Below are positions 10,101 to 21,100 of a stretch of 27,443 nt of DNA, in pieces. Under the pieces are notes generated by a model. It searched no databases, was not told where the DNA came from, and worked only from the letters and a program-made list of their open reading frames with translations. Made by a program: the position numbers and the translations under genes. The stretch covers positions 1 through 27,443 of the forward strand of contig NIVC01001851.1 in NCBI GenBank assembly GCA_002269645.1, written 5' to 3'. The DNA is from Macrostomum lignano. Lineage: Eukaryota. Numbering within the stretch: position 1 is the first letter of the stretch; every line of letters starts with the position of its first letter.

Positions 10101-11296
10101 GTCTCGTCGTGTTTCAAATCCAAAATGCAAGTCACTTTCATCAGCTTCAAATACGACGAGACGCGAAAGTGCATCAAGCACTTCAAAAACAGAATATTGA
10201 AAAAATGCAGTAAGGTTTCTTCACACAACGTGGTATTTTATTTTAAAAGATTTTACGAATTTTGCTATTTGCTGGTACTTTCTCTATTATTTTTACTTTC
10301 TGTGTGAAATTTATTTAATTGATTCTTTTGAAAGAATAACAAACAGAAAAAAACAGACCCTATTAGACAGAAAATATAGCTCCACAACTTTAATGAGATC
10401 TTTGAAGGTTACTTTTTCTTTTAGATACTTTACCGGAAGAAGGCATGCTTACTTCTGATTACATTCTTAAAAGCATAAGTTCTATACGCGTATAAAAGCC
10501 GTGTAGCTAAATATATTATTAGAAAACGTATTATTAGAAGACTGTAAAAATTTCACTTACAGAGGCCACTTGCGTCGACCCGATTGACGGCAGCGACCAC
10601 CTGGAAGGCGAGTTTTGGACCAACATGTGCCACGAGTTCCGCTGCGATCGGAGCGGCAATACAATCCTGCCAACCACTGCTAAAAGTAAGTGTTAGAGCT
10701 AAGCACATTAGTCACTACATGTCTGCCAGCCCTCCTTCAGTCATTGCATGTCTGCCAGCCCTCCCTCAGTCACTGCATGTCTGCCAGCCCTCCCTCAGTC
10801 ACTGCATGTCTGCCAGCCCTCCCTCAGTCACTGCATGTCTGCCAGCCCTCTCTCAGTCACTGCATGTCTGCCAGCCCTCCCTCAGTCACTGCATGTCTGC
10901 CAGCCCTCCCTCAGTCACTGCATGTGTGCCAGCCCTCCCTCAGTCACTGCATGTCTGCCAGCCCTCCCTCAGTCACTGCATGTCTGTCAGGCCTCCCTCA
11001 GTCACTGCATGTCTGCCAGCCCTCCCTCAGTCACTGCATGTCTGTCAGGCCTCTCTCAGTCACTGCATGTCTGCCAGCCCTCCCTCAGTCACTGCACCCG
11101 GCCAGCTCCGCAACAATCCAGTTGCTAGGCAGTCCACCACTCGCCCATTCCAGAATGCGTTGCTGCCGACTTCAGCTGCAAGCCGATTGGCGCGGCGCCG
11201 TTTCGCTGCAGAAACATCGACGGCGAGAAGAGAGAAAACTGCCAGTGCATCGACAAGGACGGCGAGGCCATGCTGGTGGTCGACAACCCCAACTGA
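6541..11296 (+). CDS. Gene A: secreted tandem-VWA (von Willebrand factor A) domain protein with Cys-rich modules; join(6541..7109,7497..7750,8405..8551,9286..9793,9935..10209,10563..10685,11154..11296), 2019 nt, 672 aa
   Basis: All introns GT-AG with compatible phases (2,1,1,2,1,1); exon sum divisible by 3 and ends in TGA. Hydrophobic N-terminus; VWA motifs LDLVVAVDTSSS...LVKDG and DVMIMLDQSS...TYTGDAL...IVITDG...IYAIGV. Exon structure independently matched by paralog B. Confidence 0.88.
7497..7750 (+). CDS. Gene A exon 2: end of VWA1 plus Cys-rich linker
   Basis: Acceptor TTTTAG|C, donor A|GTGAGT; 254 nt in both paralogs; KELKAIFGTNY...CRQQI. Confidence 0.88.
8405..8551 (+). CDS. Gene A exon 3: Cys-containing linker (EKKSCSKMERSLGAC...KHKVDC)
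   Basis: Acceptor TTGCAG|, donor T|GTAAGT; homologous to gene B exon 3. The 5' boundary is less certain because gene B's exon is 15 nt longer. Confidence 0.8.
8578..9265. repeat. (CAGT)n microsatellite, about 170 units, filling intron 3 of gene A
   Basis: Direct reading; one CCACTCACTCACTCAAG interruption near 8991-9007. Confidence 0.98.
9286..9793 (+). CDS. Gene A exon 4: VWA2
   Basis: Acceptor TTTTAG|CC, donor CT|GTGAGT; DQSST, HTYTGDAL, ITDG, TIYAIGV motifs. Confidence 0.9.
9935..10209 (+). CDS. Gene A exon 5: end of VWA2 plus Cys-rich linker
   Basis: Acceptor CAACAG|G, donor A|GTAAGG; EELKMMTAPESDKN matches gene B. Confidence 0.88.
10563..10685 (+). CDS. Gene A exon 6: Cys-rich module (CVDPIDGSDHLEGEFWTNMCHEFRC; loosely VWC-like)
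   Basis: Acceptor TTACAG|, donor A|GTAAGT; frame not shown in the ORF track but open and conserved in gene B. Confidence 0.85.
10710..11096. repeat. 29-bp minisatellite (CATGTCTGCCAGCCCTCCCTCAGTCACTG, about 13 copies) in intron 6 of gene A
   Basis: 29-aa periodicity across frames. Confidence 0.96.
11154..11296 (+). CDS. Gene A terminal exon 7: Cys-rich C-terminus (CVAADFSCKPIG...VVDNPN*)
   Basis: Acceptor TTCCAG|AA is the nearby AG giving an open phase-1 frame homologous to gene B; TGA 11294-11296. Confidence 0.85.
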
Positions 11297-11869
11297 CAGG
11301 CAGACAGTCAGCTGATCGGTATCGCGGCCCTCGAATCAAGCTGGATAAATCGGTAGATTACTGTGTGAAGGAACAACTAGTCTATTTATAGTAGTCATAA
11401 TTAAATTTGGGGCAGCTATTCATATGTAAATGTAATTTACTATCGGTACTATAATTCATTAATTAGCCTTCAGTGCTGGCTGATTACCAGCAACAGTTTT
11501 TATTTACCTGATTTTCTATTCCGGACGATTATTGTCGTAAGAAAAATGCCTCTAATGCGTCTCATCACACCTGGATAAAACTTTTTCTTTACAGCATGCG
11601 CCAATTTTTAATGCTCTTTATTTAAATTCAATCCATGCGTCTGCACGCATAAGCAATCGTACATATCTGCTACTAACAAAGCATTGATCTAATGCGCCTG
11701 ATGCGACTGCAAATCAACTTCACTATGCTTGAGAATAAACCTGATTGAATGGAAAACATTGGCCTAACCCACTGTGACGGAATAATTCGAAGCAAATTTC
11801 ATATTGAAACTTTAATAAAGATATTATTTATTGCGAGCGCAGCCTGAAGCAGCCTTTCAAGGCAGCCTT

Positions 11870-12720
11870 TGACGTAACTCGTAGATCAGGCCCGGCGTTG
11901 TGTGGATTGGGTGACGCTGGCTCAAGAGTCAAACGTAGACCTGCTGAGAATCAAGCAGTCGGTAGCTGGCTCCGAACCAAAGCTTAGCAAGCATGAAATT
12001 CGAGAAAGCTAAAACGCTCTGGGCTCTGTATAACGAGCTATATAAAGCCAGCAAGAAAGGGTAAACCGAGTGTCAAGCAGTCGATAATTTCTCCCTCTGC
12101 AAATTTAGATGAACTGGTCATCAAGCGTGCAACCATTCAGGAGCGAATAAAACCACGGCGGCATTGAAGGCACGTTTCTTTATCTTGATCTTGAAACTTA
12201 CGTAAGAGGTAGAAAGGTACAATGAAGATTAGAGACCCCCTGCAGTCTACCTTGGAAGGGTACCTTGATCAGGTGGTACATTGGACACTTGACCATTGTA
12301 GACCTTTTCCCTAGTCTTTTCGTATGTGGCATCTTCTGGTTGATTGATTCCACAGATTCATTTTGATTCCACACATTGAAACTGATTGATCGTTTCCACA
12401 GCTTCGTCGAGATTGTCCCGGTGTCTGATATCTCGGCAGGGACTACGGCGCTAGAAGATCACAGGCGAATGGTAAGGCGGAACGAACTATCCAAACAACC
12501 AAAACCAAAGTTCGGACAGTGGGTGCTGATTGTGAAGTTGTTCTTCGGGAGGGAGCTCCACATTCGCTTTTACCTTCAGTACAACCTAACGCCAGGATAA
12601 TGCTACGATTCTCTCATGCACACACCCTACACAAAGCCCTGATCGGAAACATAGGCTACGGAGCGCGCTTTGCGGGAAGAGGCCCAGAGAAGAGAAAGGC
12701 GCTAGTAAAATCGAGCCGTT
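11870..12720 (+). pseudogene. Decayed Ty3/Gypsy pol (integrase) fragment
   Basis: Frameshifted motifs in the expected order: NHSGANKTTAALKARF / DLETYVRG (zinc-binding region, ~12131-12210), LIDRFHSFVEIVPVSDISAGTTA (12382-12450; cf. IDRFTRWPEAIPL.DI.A.TVA), QPNARIMLRF...TLHKAL (cf. HPQANGMVERFHRTLK). Stops and frameshifts present. Confidence 0.6.
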
Positions 12721-13373
12721 CTTAAACCTAAACTTAACTGATGTGATACAATTTAGCTCTGAAAGTTTCAATTTGAATGGAACCAATCAATGCGTTCCAA
12801 CAAGAAAAAGCTTAGGACTCGACCCAGTCTCAGCCAATGAAAAGTAGTCACGTACCAGTACCATCTAAATTATTCCCCATTCTAAATGCTATGTAAACCA
12901 ATGTTGAAACCAAGCAATTCAAGTAGCTCGTCTCTTAGCATTCTCTTCTTCTCCTCTTCTCCCCGCCTCCTCACCTCCTAGCTCATTCATTTCTGAAGAG
13001 TTACTTTTGATTGAAACATATAGTATTCCAACCTAACCTAATTACATAAACGGATAAACTGATCCACTGAACATAAACTGACAACTGACCATGTTTTCCC
13101 CACTGGCACTGCCCCGGGCGAACGTCTGTGGTCTCAGTGTAAATTTCATTTATTTGCATCGGTGCAAATAAACGGTTTATTTTACTGTGCAACTGCTCTT
13201 TCGATGCAAATAAACGGTCAATAAACAGCTTCGCCTCGGTCAATAAACAAGTCACTCAAGCATTTATTGCCCTAGCACTGGTATAAACGGGAAATATATA
13301 CCATTTATTCTTTGAAATTGTGAAAATCAAATACAACAGACTGTATAGACAGTGCATACAACAAGTTACAGCT

Positions 13374-13438
13374 CGAGGGGCTCCTCATGCCCCTCATTTA
13401 CTTATGCCTCTCATACACCTCATGCCCCTCATCACCCC
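13374..13438. repeat. Short hybrid copy of the CTCATGCC satellite family
   Basis: Contains both 9-bp CTCATGCCC and 16-bp CTCATTTACTTATGCC units; CGAGGG lead-in as at 4143. Confidence 0.75.
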
Positions 13439-14422
13439 AATGGACTACTTAACAATACAGGACGTTACACTTGCAAATATTGGCAGAATTCTAAAAGGCC
13501 GCTTTTAATAATGTATTTAGTGGTTTTGGTGGCCTTTTTGCTTTTCAATGTCATTTCGCATAAATACTAGCGCAGCATGATAGCCAACAAGTCTAGCTTA
13601 GAGTACCAAAGTAGACAAGAGCAAACAGCTAACTTCTCTGCGTTCTCGGAAGATTTTATTTCTTGCTTCCAATTCAATTGAGTTATACAAGATTCCGACG
13701 AAGTGTTGCAGACTTCAGGCTGCATCAGCACTACAATGTGCATCGTGTATTACTTTTCTGAAAGAAGAGAATGAGGCTGACTCCTGAATGAAGGCTTTTT
13801 GCGTATCGCAGCAAAGGTAAGGTAATATTTTAGTGCGTACATGGGCGCGTATGCCGCAAGCATTGGCCGGAGGATGCTAGAATGAAGCAAGCGGGGCCTC
13901 GACTCTCAAAACGGCACATGGGTGGGTGGTCTCGGCACAGTTGGGACAGATTCCTACTGTTAAAGCATCGTCGAGACCCTTAAGTGCTACACCCCCTCAC
14001 AGCGCATCTGTTCAAAATAATTACATTCGATGTACAAACTTCTCTGCGTCTTCGTGGAAGTCACGTCATTGGATAAGCAGAGGATACTCCAGATAAGCTA
14101 GCACGTACATTTTTGGCGATTATGGATAAACCTTTTATGGGAGCATCCAAATTTATAGCCCGGCTCGTATCTATTTACAGTCTTCAACCAGAACTTTTTT
14201 CTACCAAATAATTCGTCTTGTCCAAACTGTACACACATTTGGTTGCAAAGTTGTGAATACGAGCGTACGAGCGTATTGTGTGTGACAACCACTTTACTAC
14301 TCGTAAGTGTCTTTTACTTTACTTGACCAATTTACTTGAAAGTAAATCTAATCTAAATCTAAAAATTTACTAATTGAGGTTTTTTCGACGCTTTCATTTT
14401 GAGATGCATTTTGAGTTCATTG

Positions 14423-16639
14423 TGATGTAACCGCCCTTGTCGCCTGTCCGCTCCTATTGAGAGACGAACGCTTGGCGAGAGGGGGCAATGACCGTAGGCT
14501 GCCTATGACCGGGCAATGACCTGACGGACCTCCAGCACCAGACTGTCCCGCCCACATGATTAGTAGCTTTTGGTAGCGCTTCGTGACCAGAGGGCCAAGG
14601 ACCCACATGGACCCCACCTGTAGCCAAGGTGCAATAGTTGGTCACTCGGTCATGGTATGACCGAGTGGCTGCCACCACTCTATGTGACCTGGCGCACCTG
14701 GATCTTTCTACCAGACCTCTCGAGGCTAGAGCCCCGCCTGGATTGGTTACCAGGGGATTTAGGCTAACAGGGGAGACGCATGCAGCCGAGTACAGGGACT
14801 CTGCTTGGGGCATGATCGGGAACTCTGGGCTCAATCCTGGAGGATTTCTCAGCAGGGGATCCTTTGTGGCTGTGAGCGAGGCTGACTTGCGACTTTGATT
14901 ACTAAGAGTAGTATGAGGCGAACATGTACTGTCTCTAGTTTAGATTGCTCAGGGCGAAGGGACGCGTTAGCATGGGGTTGCAACCTTCCTACTGCCATTC
15001 TGTGCCAAGACTCGCTAATTACCCTCCACTGCACGCACTCACGAACCCGCCGCACGCACTCACACAGGCGGGCTTTGCACGGGGAGAGGCCATTAGCTTA
15101 CCCAAACTTCCTTATGCTTTGCCACCCCGGGAGAAAAGCTTAGCAAGCCATGAGTTAAATGATGGTGAAAGATTGAATAATGATGAAGTTAGTTAATAGT
15201 TAGTAATTAGGCCCTTAGGCGAATAAGCAGGCAATTAGGCGGCTTCACTATTGAGTAAAATACAGCAAAAGATACGGTATCACAATTGGCTCAGCTCTCT
15301 AATCAGACAATGGAAAATAGGCAAACCCCGGATAAGCAAAGGCAATTAGAGCACAAATTAGTAACAGGAACTTACCGGTAGCTGCACAGAGAGAGAGAGA
15401 GGCGGAGTGACCGAGGGTGGCTGTGGGCTGCAGTCAGGCAGACAGTGAAGCGGCGATGCGCTGGAGCGACGAGGCGCTGATGTAGATCAGGCGATGCTGA
15501 TGATGCTGGGCGGTATCAGACCGCTGGCCGATAGGCGAGCTCACTTGGGGAGCTAAGGATAACTTGGCGGTAACAGACCGCGGACCGGCAGGGATTCGTC
15601 TTATAGACGAATGGGTCAGAACTCAATCTGACTGCAAGTCCAAAGAAGGACGAGGAGAGGAAGAGGGATTGAGGATTCTCATGCCGAAATCGCTTCCTTT
15701 TATAGACCTCACAGCCGCCTCCTCAAGGTCGTTACCATGGCTCCCTCTCTCTGATTGGCTGCCGGCAGAATGACGTCAGAATGAGTCATGATGAGAAGCA
15801 TGAGACCGGCATAGCAACATGAGAAATAGGGAAATTGCGCAATCCGGAGGTGGGGTGGGGGGATAATTGGCGCAGCGGGTGGTCGCGAAAGTGTTGCGCA
15901 AGCAAACATTGAGAACAATAGGGCTGGGGTCGAGAACAAAGGAATTGGAAATCGGGGATAATTGGGGGAAACTGAGAACAATGGAAAAGTAAACATTGGA
16001 GGAAAGGTGATAATTAGGTGCGAAAACGAGAACAAAAGAAAGAGAAAATCGGAGAAAATGTGATAATTGGTGGGGGTCGAGAGAACAAAAGAAGCAAAAA
16101 CGAGAACAATAGAAGCGGAGGTGGGGTGGGTGTCGCATGAGAAATTTGGGGAGGAGAACAATGGCGTGAGAAAAGGTTGCGCAAGAGAGGGGGATGAGTC
16201 ATCGATGAGTCACTGAGGGGGAGAGGGGGTCACACGACTTGCGTCACCGTTTGGGAGTTTGAGAGGGGATGGGGGGACGGTGAGCACACAAAATACTGTA
16301 AGTAGACACAGGGAAAGAGGGGACAGCGCAGGAAAAGAGTGCAGAGGGAGACAAAAAAAAGAGAGGAGATAGAGAAAGTACAGGAAGAATAGGGCGGAAA
16401 CAGAAGAGATAGGGTAGAGGGGGAGGTACAGAAAGGGGTAGGGGGCTCCGGAAAGGCAGGTGTGGCGGCAGGAGAGACGGGACCAAGGCAGTAGGAGGGG
16501 TGCAGCAGAGCGGGAGTCTCCAGGCCCGGTCGGAGACCTGGCCGAGTCTCGACAGCTCTGTGCAGAGGGTGCACGGGATAGGAGGCACTTTCGAAAAAGT
16601 TCCCATGCCCTATCCCGCGACCAGAGCGTGGTTACATCA
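14423..16639 (-). mobile_element. Solo LTR-like element, 2217 bp (Gypsy-type inferred)
   Basis: TG...CA termini with perfect 10-bp inverted ends (TGATGTAACC / GGTTACATCA), 4-bp TSD ATTG (14419-14422 and 16640-16643), no long meaningful ORF, internal Pol II promoter. Confidence 0.75.
15697..15788 (-). promoter_or_regulatory. Pol II promoter in the solo LTR: AP-1 (15782-15788), CRE TGACGTCA (15771-15778), CCAAT (15754-15758), TATAAAAG (15697-15704)
   Basis: Canonical order and spacing on the - strand (CCAAT about 50 bp upstream of TATA); strong donor CCG|GTAAGT at 15375 about 300 nt downstream. Confidence 0.65.
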
Positions 16640-17106
16640 ATTGTCATATTTGCTGCCTTCGTGTTGCTTCTACATTTTATACGATCGTACATAAAAGTTC
16701 AGGAATCGCGCTACGAGCATATCAAGTATAATAATTGAAGAAGTGTAGTTCCCATCATTCGATATTATCATTCTTGTTGCTATCTTAGCTAATTCTTTGT
16801 TGCTTCTATTCTACAATTTAGAAACGCATCTAGGAATCCCTTTATTTCTGGTATTTCTTCGTTCTTTGTTTAATATGTTCACCTAGTTCATCTTTTGGAG
16901 AAATTACAAATGACTAATGTCGGAATGCATGCATATGAAAGGATTTATTCACTAGACTTCATCAATTTCTATTAATGTATTATACACATTGCTTCACAAG
17001 CAAAAAGGCCACTAAGACCATAGAAACATACATTCAAAGCTGCCTTCTGGAATTCTGCGAAAATTTGCTAGTGTAACGTCCTGTGCTGTTAAGTAGTCCT
17101 TGATTA

Positions 17107-17533
17107 CCCCATGCCCCTCATGCCCCTCATGCCCCTCCTGCCCCTCATGCCCCTCATGCCCCTCATGCCCCTCATGCCCCGCATGCCCCTCATGCCCCTC
17201 ATGCCCCTCATGCCCCTCATGCCCCTCATGCCCCTCATGCCCCTCATGCCCCTCATGCCCCTCATGCCCCTCATGCCCCTCATGCCCCTCATGCCCCTCA
17301 TGCCCCCATGCCCCTCATGCCCCTCATGCCCCTCATGCCCCTCATGCCCTCATGCCCCTCATGCCTCTCATGCCCCTCATGCCCCTCATGCCCCTCATGC
17401 CCCTCATGCCCCTCATGCCCCTCATGCCCCTCATGCCCCTCATGCCCCTCATGCCCCCATGCCCCTCATACCCCTCATGCCCCTCATGCCCCGCATGCCC
17501 CTCATGCCCTTCATGCCCCTCATGCCCCCATGC
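17107..17533. repeat. 9-bp minisatellite (CATGCCCCT, about 47 copies)
   Basis: MPL/CPS/HAP periodic ORFs. Confidence 0.97.
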
Positions 17534-18000
17534 ACCAGCGCATCCAATGGAATTTGAGCTCCTCAATTCCATCACAGAAATCAGAGCATAAAATTTAGTA
17601 CTCGTAAAACATAAAAATTGTTTTTTTGGTGTTTATAGCTGCCTAGATGCATGCATTGTATTTAAGCTACTTAAAGGCATATATATTTTCGGGACACTTA
17701 AAATAAAGTTCAATACACTAAACTGATTGCAGCATAAGCTTTGAGACCTACTACGAGTAGTTTTGCAGACTAATTATCGATCAAAGTAATCAATTAAAGT
17801 AAAGGTTCTCTTAACTCGCCAAATCATGAAGAGCTGATTTTCTGCATCGCTCATCCTAAAAGAAGTTCAGCTACAAAATCAAAGAAATCGCTAATAAATA
17901 CACTGAAGAAATCAGCACCGCCAAATTTGGTCGCCTAAATCCGTTCTTTAAGTCAAAGCTCTCCTACAAAGCTTGGCTGAAGAGCCGTGATCCCGGCCTG

Positions 18001-18143
18001 TCAGTTGGGGTTGTCGACCACCAGCACGGCCTCGCCGTCCTTGTCGATGCACTGGCAGTTTTCTCTCTCCTCGCCGTCGATGTTTCTGCAGCGAAACGGC
18101 GCCGCGCCAATCGGCTTGCAGCTGAAGTCGGCAGCCACGCATT
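18001..18143 (-). CDS. Gene B terminal exon 7
   Basis: 143 nt, 3 nt differences from gene A exon 7; TGA at 18003-18001. Confidence 0.85.
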
Positions 18144-21100
18144 CTGGAATGGGCGAGTGGTGGACTGCCTAGCAACTGGATTGTTGCGGAGCTGGCCGGG
18201 TGCAGTGACTGAGGGAGGGCTGGCAGACATGCAGTGACTGAGGGAGGCCTGACAGACATGCAGTGACTGAGGGAGGGCTGGCAGACATGCAGTGACTGAG
18301 GGAGGGCTGGCACACATGCAGTGACTGAGGGAGGGCTGGCAGACATGCAGTGACTGAGGGAGGGCTGGCAGACATGCAGTGACTGAGGGAGGGCTGGCAC
18401 ACATGCAGTGACTGAGGGAGGGCTGGCACACATGCAGTGACTGAGGGAGGGCTGGCAGACATGCACACATGCAGTGACTGAAGAAAAGCGGTCCCAGACT
18501 TACTCTTAACAGTGGTTGGCAGCGTACTCTGTTGTTTTTGTGTTGTTGGCAGGATTGTTTTGCGGGAAAGGCAGCGAAACTCGTGGCACATGTTCGTCCA
18601 AGTCTCGCCTTCCAGGTGGTCGCTGCCGTCAATCGGGTCGACGCAGATGGTCTCTACAAGTTTGGTTTGGCGTTCAAGTGTTTAAATGGCTGAGCATGGT
18701 GCACTCAATGTTTAAGAATTATTTTCTAGCAGTTTATGACCACTGTTATTTGAGGCTGCTATGTCTTCTAAGCGAGACTCGTTCTTCGGAATTTTCATGC
18801 GAAGATGAAAAAAACTCTTGAGCAAACTTAAGCAATTCCTGAGCAACTTACTGCAACCTTCAAGTATCTCGGCTCTAAAATGCTTGATGCACTTTTTAGC
18901 TGTGTCGTACTTGAAGTTTACCGTAGCGGTTTGAATTTTTTCAACCCTACAGTTCGATTTGAGGGACTTGATCTCAACATCAGCGTCGCACAACTTTGGG
19001 CTCGGCGGTTCCAACTCCATGCAGAGCCGCTCTGAGAAGTTTTTAGCCCAATGCTTCATCTTCTTAATATCATCCAAAATGAAAACGTTTTTATCTGACT
19101 CTGGCGCCGTCATCATCTCCAGCTCGTCCCTGTTGTTGCAAGATGTGTTGTTACCACGAGATATAAGCACAGTATGTACTTTTGAATCTTAAATCCAGTA
19201 CATGACTAAACTCAAGAAACACTACCAAAGACGCTTTCCACCCATATGACGAGTAACTGTACTGCCTTAACTTTTAAGAGGCGCGCTGTTTTGATGCAAG
19301 CAAAATATAAACCCATTTAAAGAGCCTGCCAGCATTAATACAGCTTTCAATTGTTTCCTTCGGTAAAATAACTGTAAACCATCTTGTATGAAACAATGAT
19401 GAACCAAAAAAATATCAAAACATTTTGAGCATATCATCAGAGGTATCCTAAACTGAATATTGCAGAATTGATTTTTATAAATTTCCCTAAACATCACCTA
19501 AAACCGGCAGCTCTTGGTGCCAATGTTTGCATTGGCCAAACTACCACTGCTGTAAACTCCCTGCTCAGCAAAACATGGAGCAGTAGTTTGAAATCAGTGT
19601 AAAAGACTTACTTATTTATGGCACGCGTGCCGATGTCACGTTTTCCCTCGACTCCTACCGCATACAGCGTGACGCCGACCTTTTTGATATTCGTCGCTGC
19701 CTTCCACGTCGCGGTTTCATCCCCGCTCCCTCCATCCGTGATGATAATAACAGCTTTTAAGACGTTTGGTCGGCCTTTCGATTGCAGAATATTTCTGATT
19801 TTGTCAATCGCCTGGTGGGTATGCGTGCCCGAATGTCCAGATTTCTTTTTCTCGCGTTTAACTTTTTCCTGAATTTTCTTTTTATTAAACTCATCCCCAA
19901 ATTCCACTATTGTAAAAAAATCTTCATTGAAAGAATAAACTCCGAGTTGAATGCTTTTCTTTCCTATCTGAAGCGGATTAATTAATATATTCGCAGACTC
20001 CGAAAGCATGGAGTATTCCTTCTCAAGTGAACCGGATTTATCCAGCAGTATTATCACATCTGCGACTTGGTCTCTGCAGACTCTTGCTTCGGCTGAAAAA
20101 TAGACATGCTTGCTGGCTGACTGACTGACTGACTGACTGACTGACTGACTGACTGACTGACTGACTGACTGACTGACTGACTGACTGACTTGAGTGAGTG
20201 GGTGACTGACTGACTGACTGACTGACTGACTGACTGACTGACTGACTGACTGACTGACTGACTGACTGACTGACTGACTGACTGACTGACTGACTGACTG
20301 ACTGACTTGAGTGACTGACTGACTGACTGACTGACTGACTGACTGACTGACTGACTGACTTGAGTGAGTGAGTGAGTGAGTGACTGACTGACTGACTGAC
20401 TGACTGACTGACTGACTGACTGACTGACTGACTGACTGACTGACTGACTGACTGACTGACTGACTGACTGACTGACTGACTGACTGACTGACTGACTGAC
20501 TGACTGACTGACTGACTGACTGACTGACTGACTGACTGACTGACTGACTGACTGACTTGAGTGACTGACTGACTGACTGACTGACTGACTGACTGACTGA
20601 CTGACTGACTTGAGTGAGTGAGTGAGTGAGTGACTGACTGACTGACTGACTGACTGACTGACTGACTGACTGACTGACTGACTGACTGACTGACTGACTT
20701 GAGTGAGTGAGTGGCTGACTGACTGACTGACTGACTGACTGACTGACTGACTGACTGACTGACTGACTGACTGACTGACTGACTGACTGACTGACTGACT
20801 GACTGACTGACTGACTTGAGTGACTGACTGACTGACTGACTGACTGACTGACTGACTGACTGACTGACTTGAGTGAGTGAGTGAGTGAGTGACTGACTGA
20901 CTGACTGACTGACTGACTGACTGACTGACTGACTGAGTGAGTGAGTGAGTGAGACTGACTGACTGACTGACTGACTGACTGACTGACTGACTGACTGACT
21001 GACTGACTGACTGACTGACTGACTGACTGACTGACTGACTGACTGACTGACTGACTGACTGACTGACTGACTGACTGACTGACTGACTGACTGACTGACT

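Noticed and set aside
10584-11391. 243- and 233-aa ORFs, and their mirrors at 17948-18632
   Set aside because: Wrong frames across the 29-bp intronic array; the true exons 6 and 7 use another frame.
13149-13255. 13-bp inverted repeat and AATAAACGGT/AATAAACA subrepeats
   Set aside because: AT-rich, no defined termini or TSD; likely a MITE remnant but unsupported.
17100-17598. Cys/Pro/His-rich ORFs resembling metallothionein or repeat proteins
   Set aside because: Translation of a 9-bp satellite; all frames open, no unique coding context.
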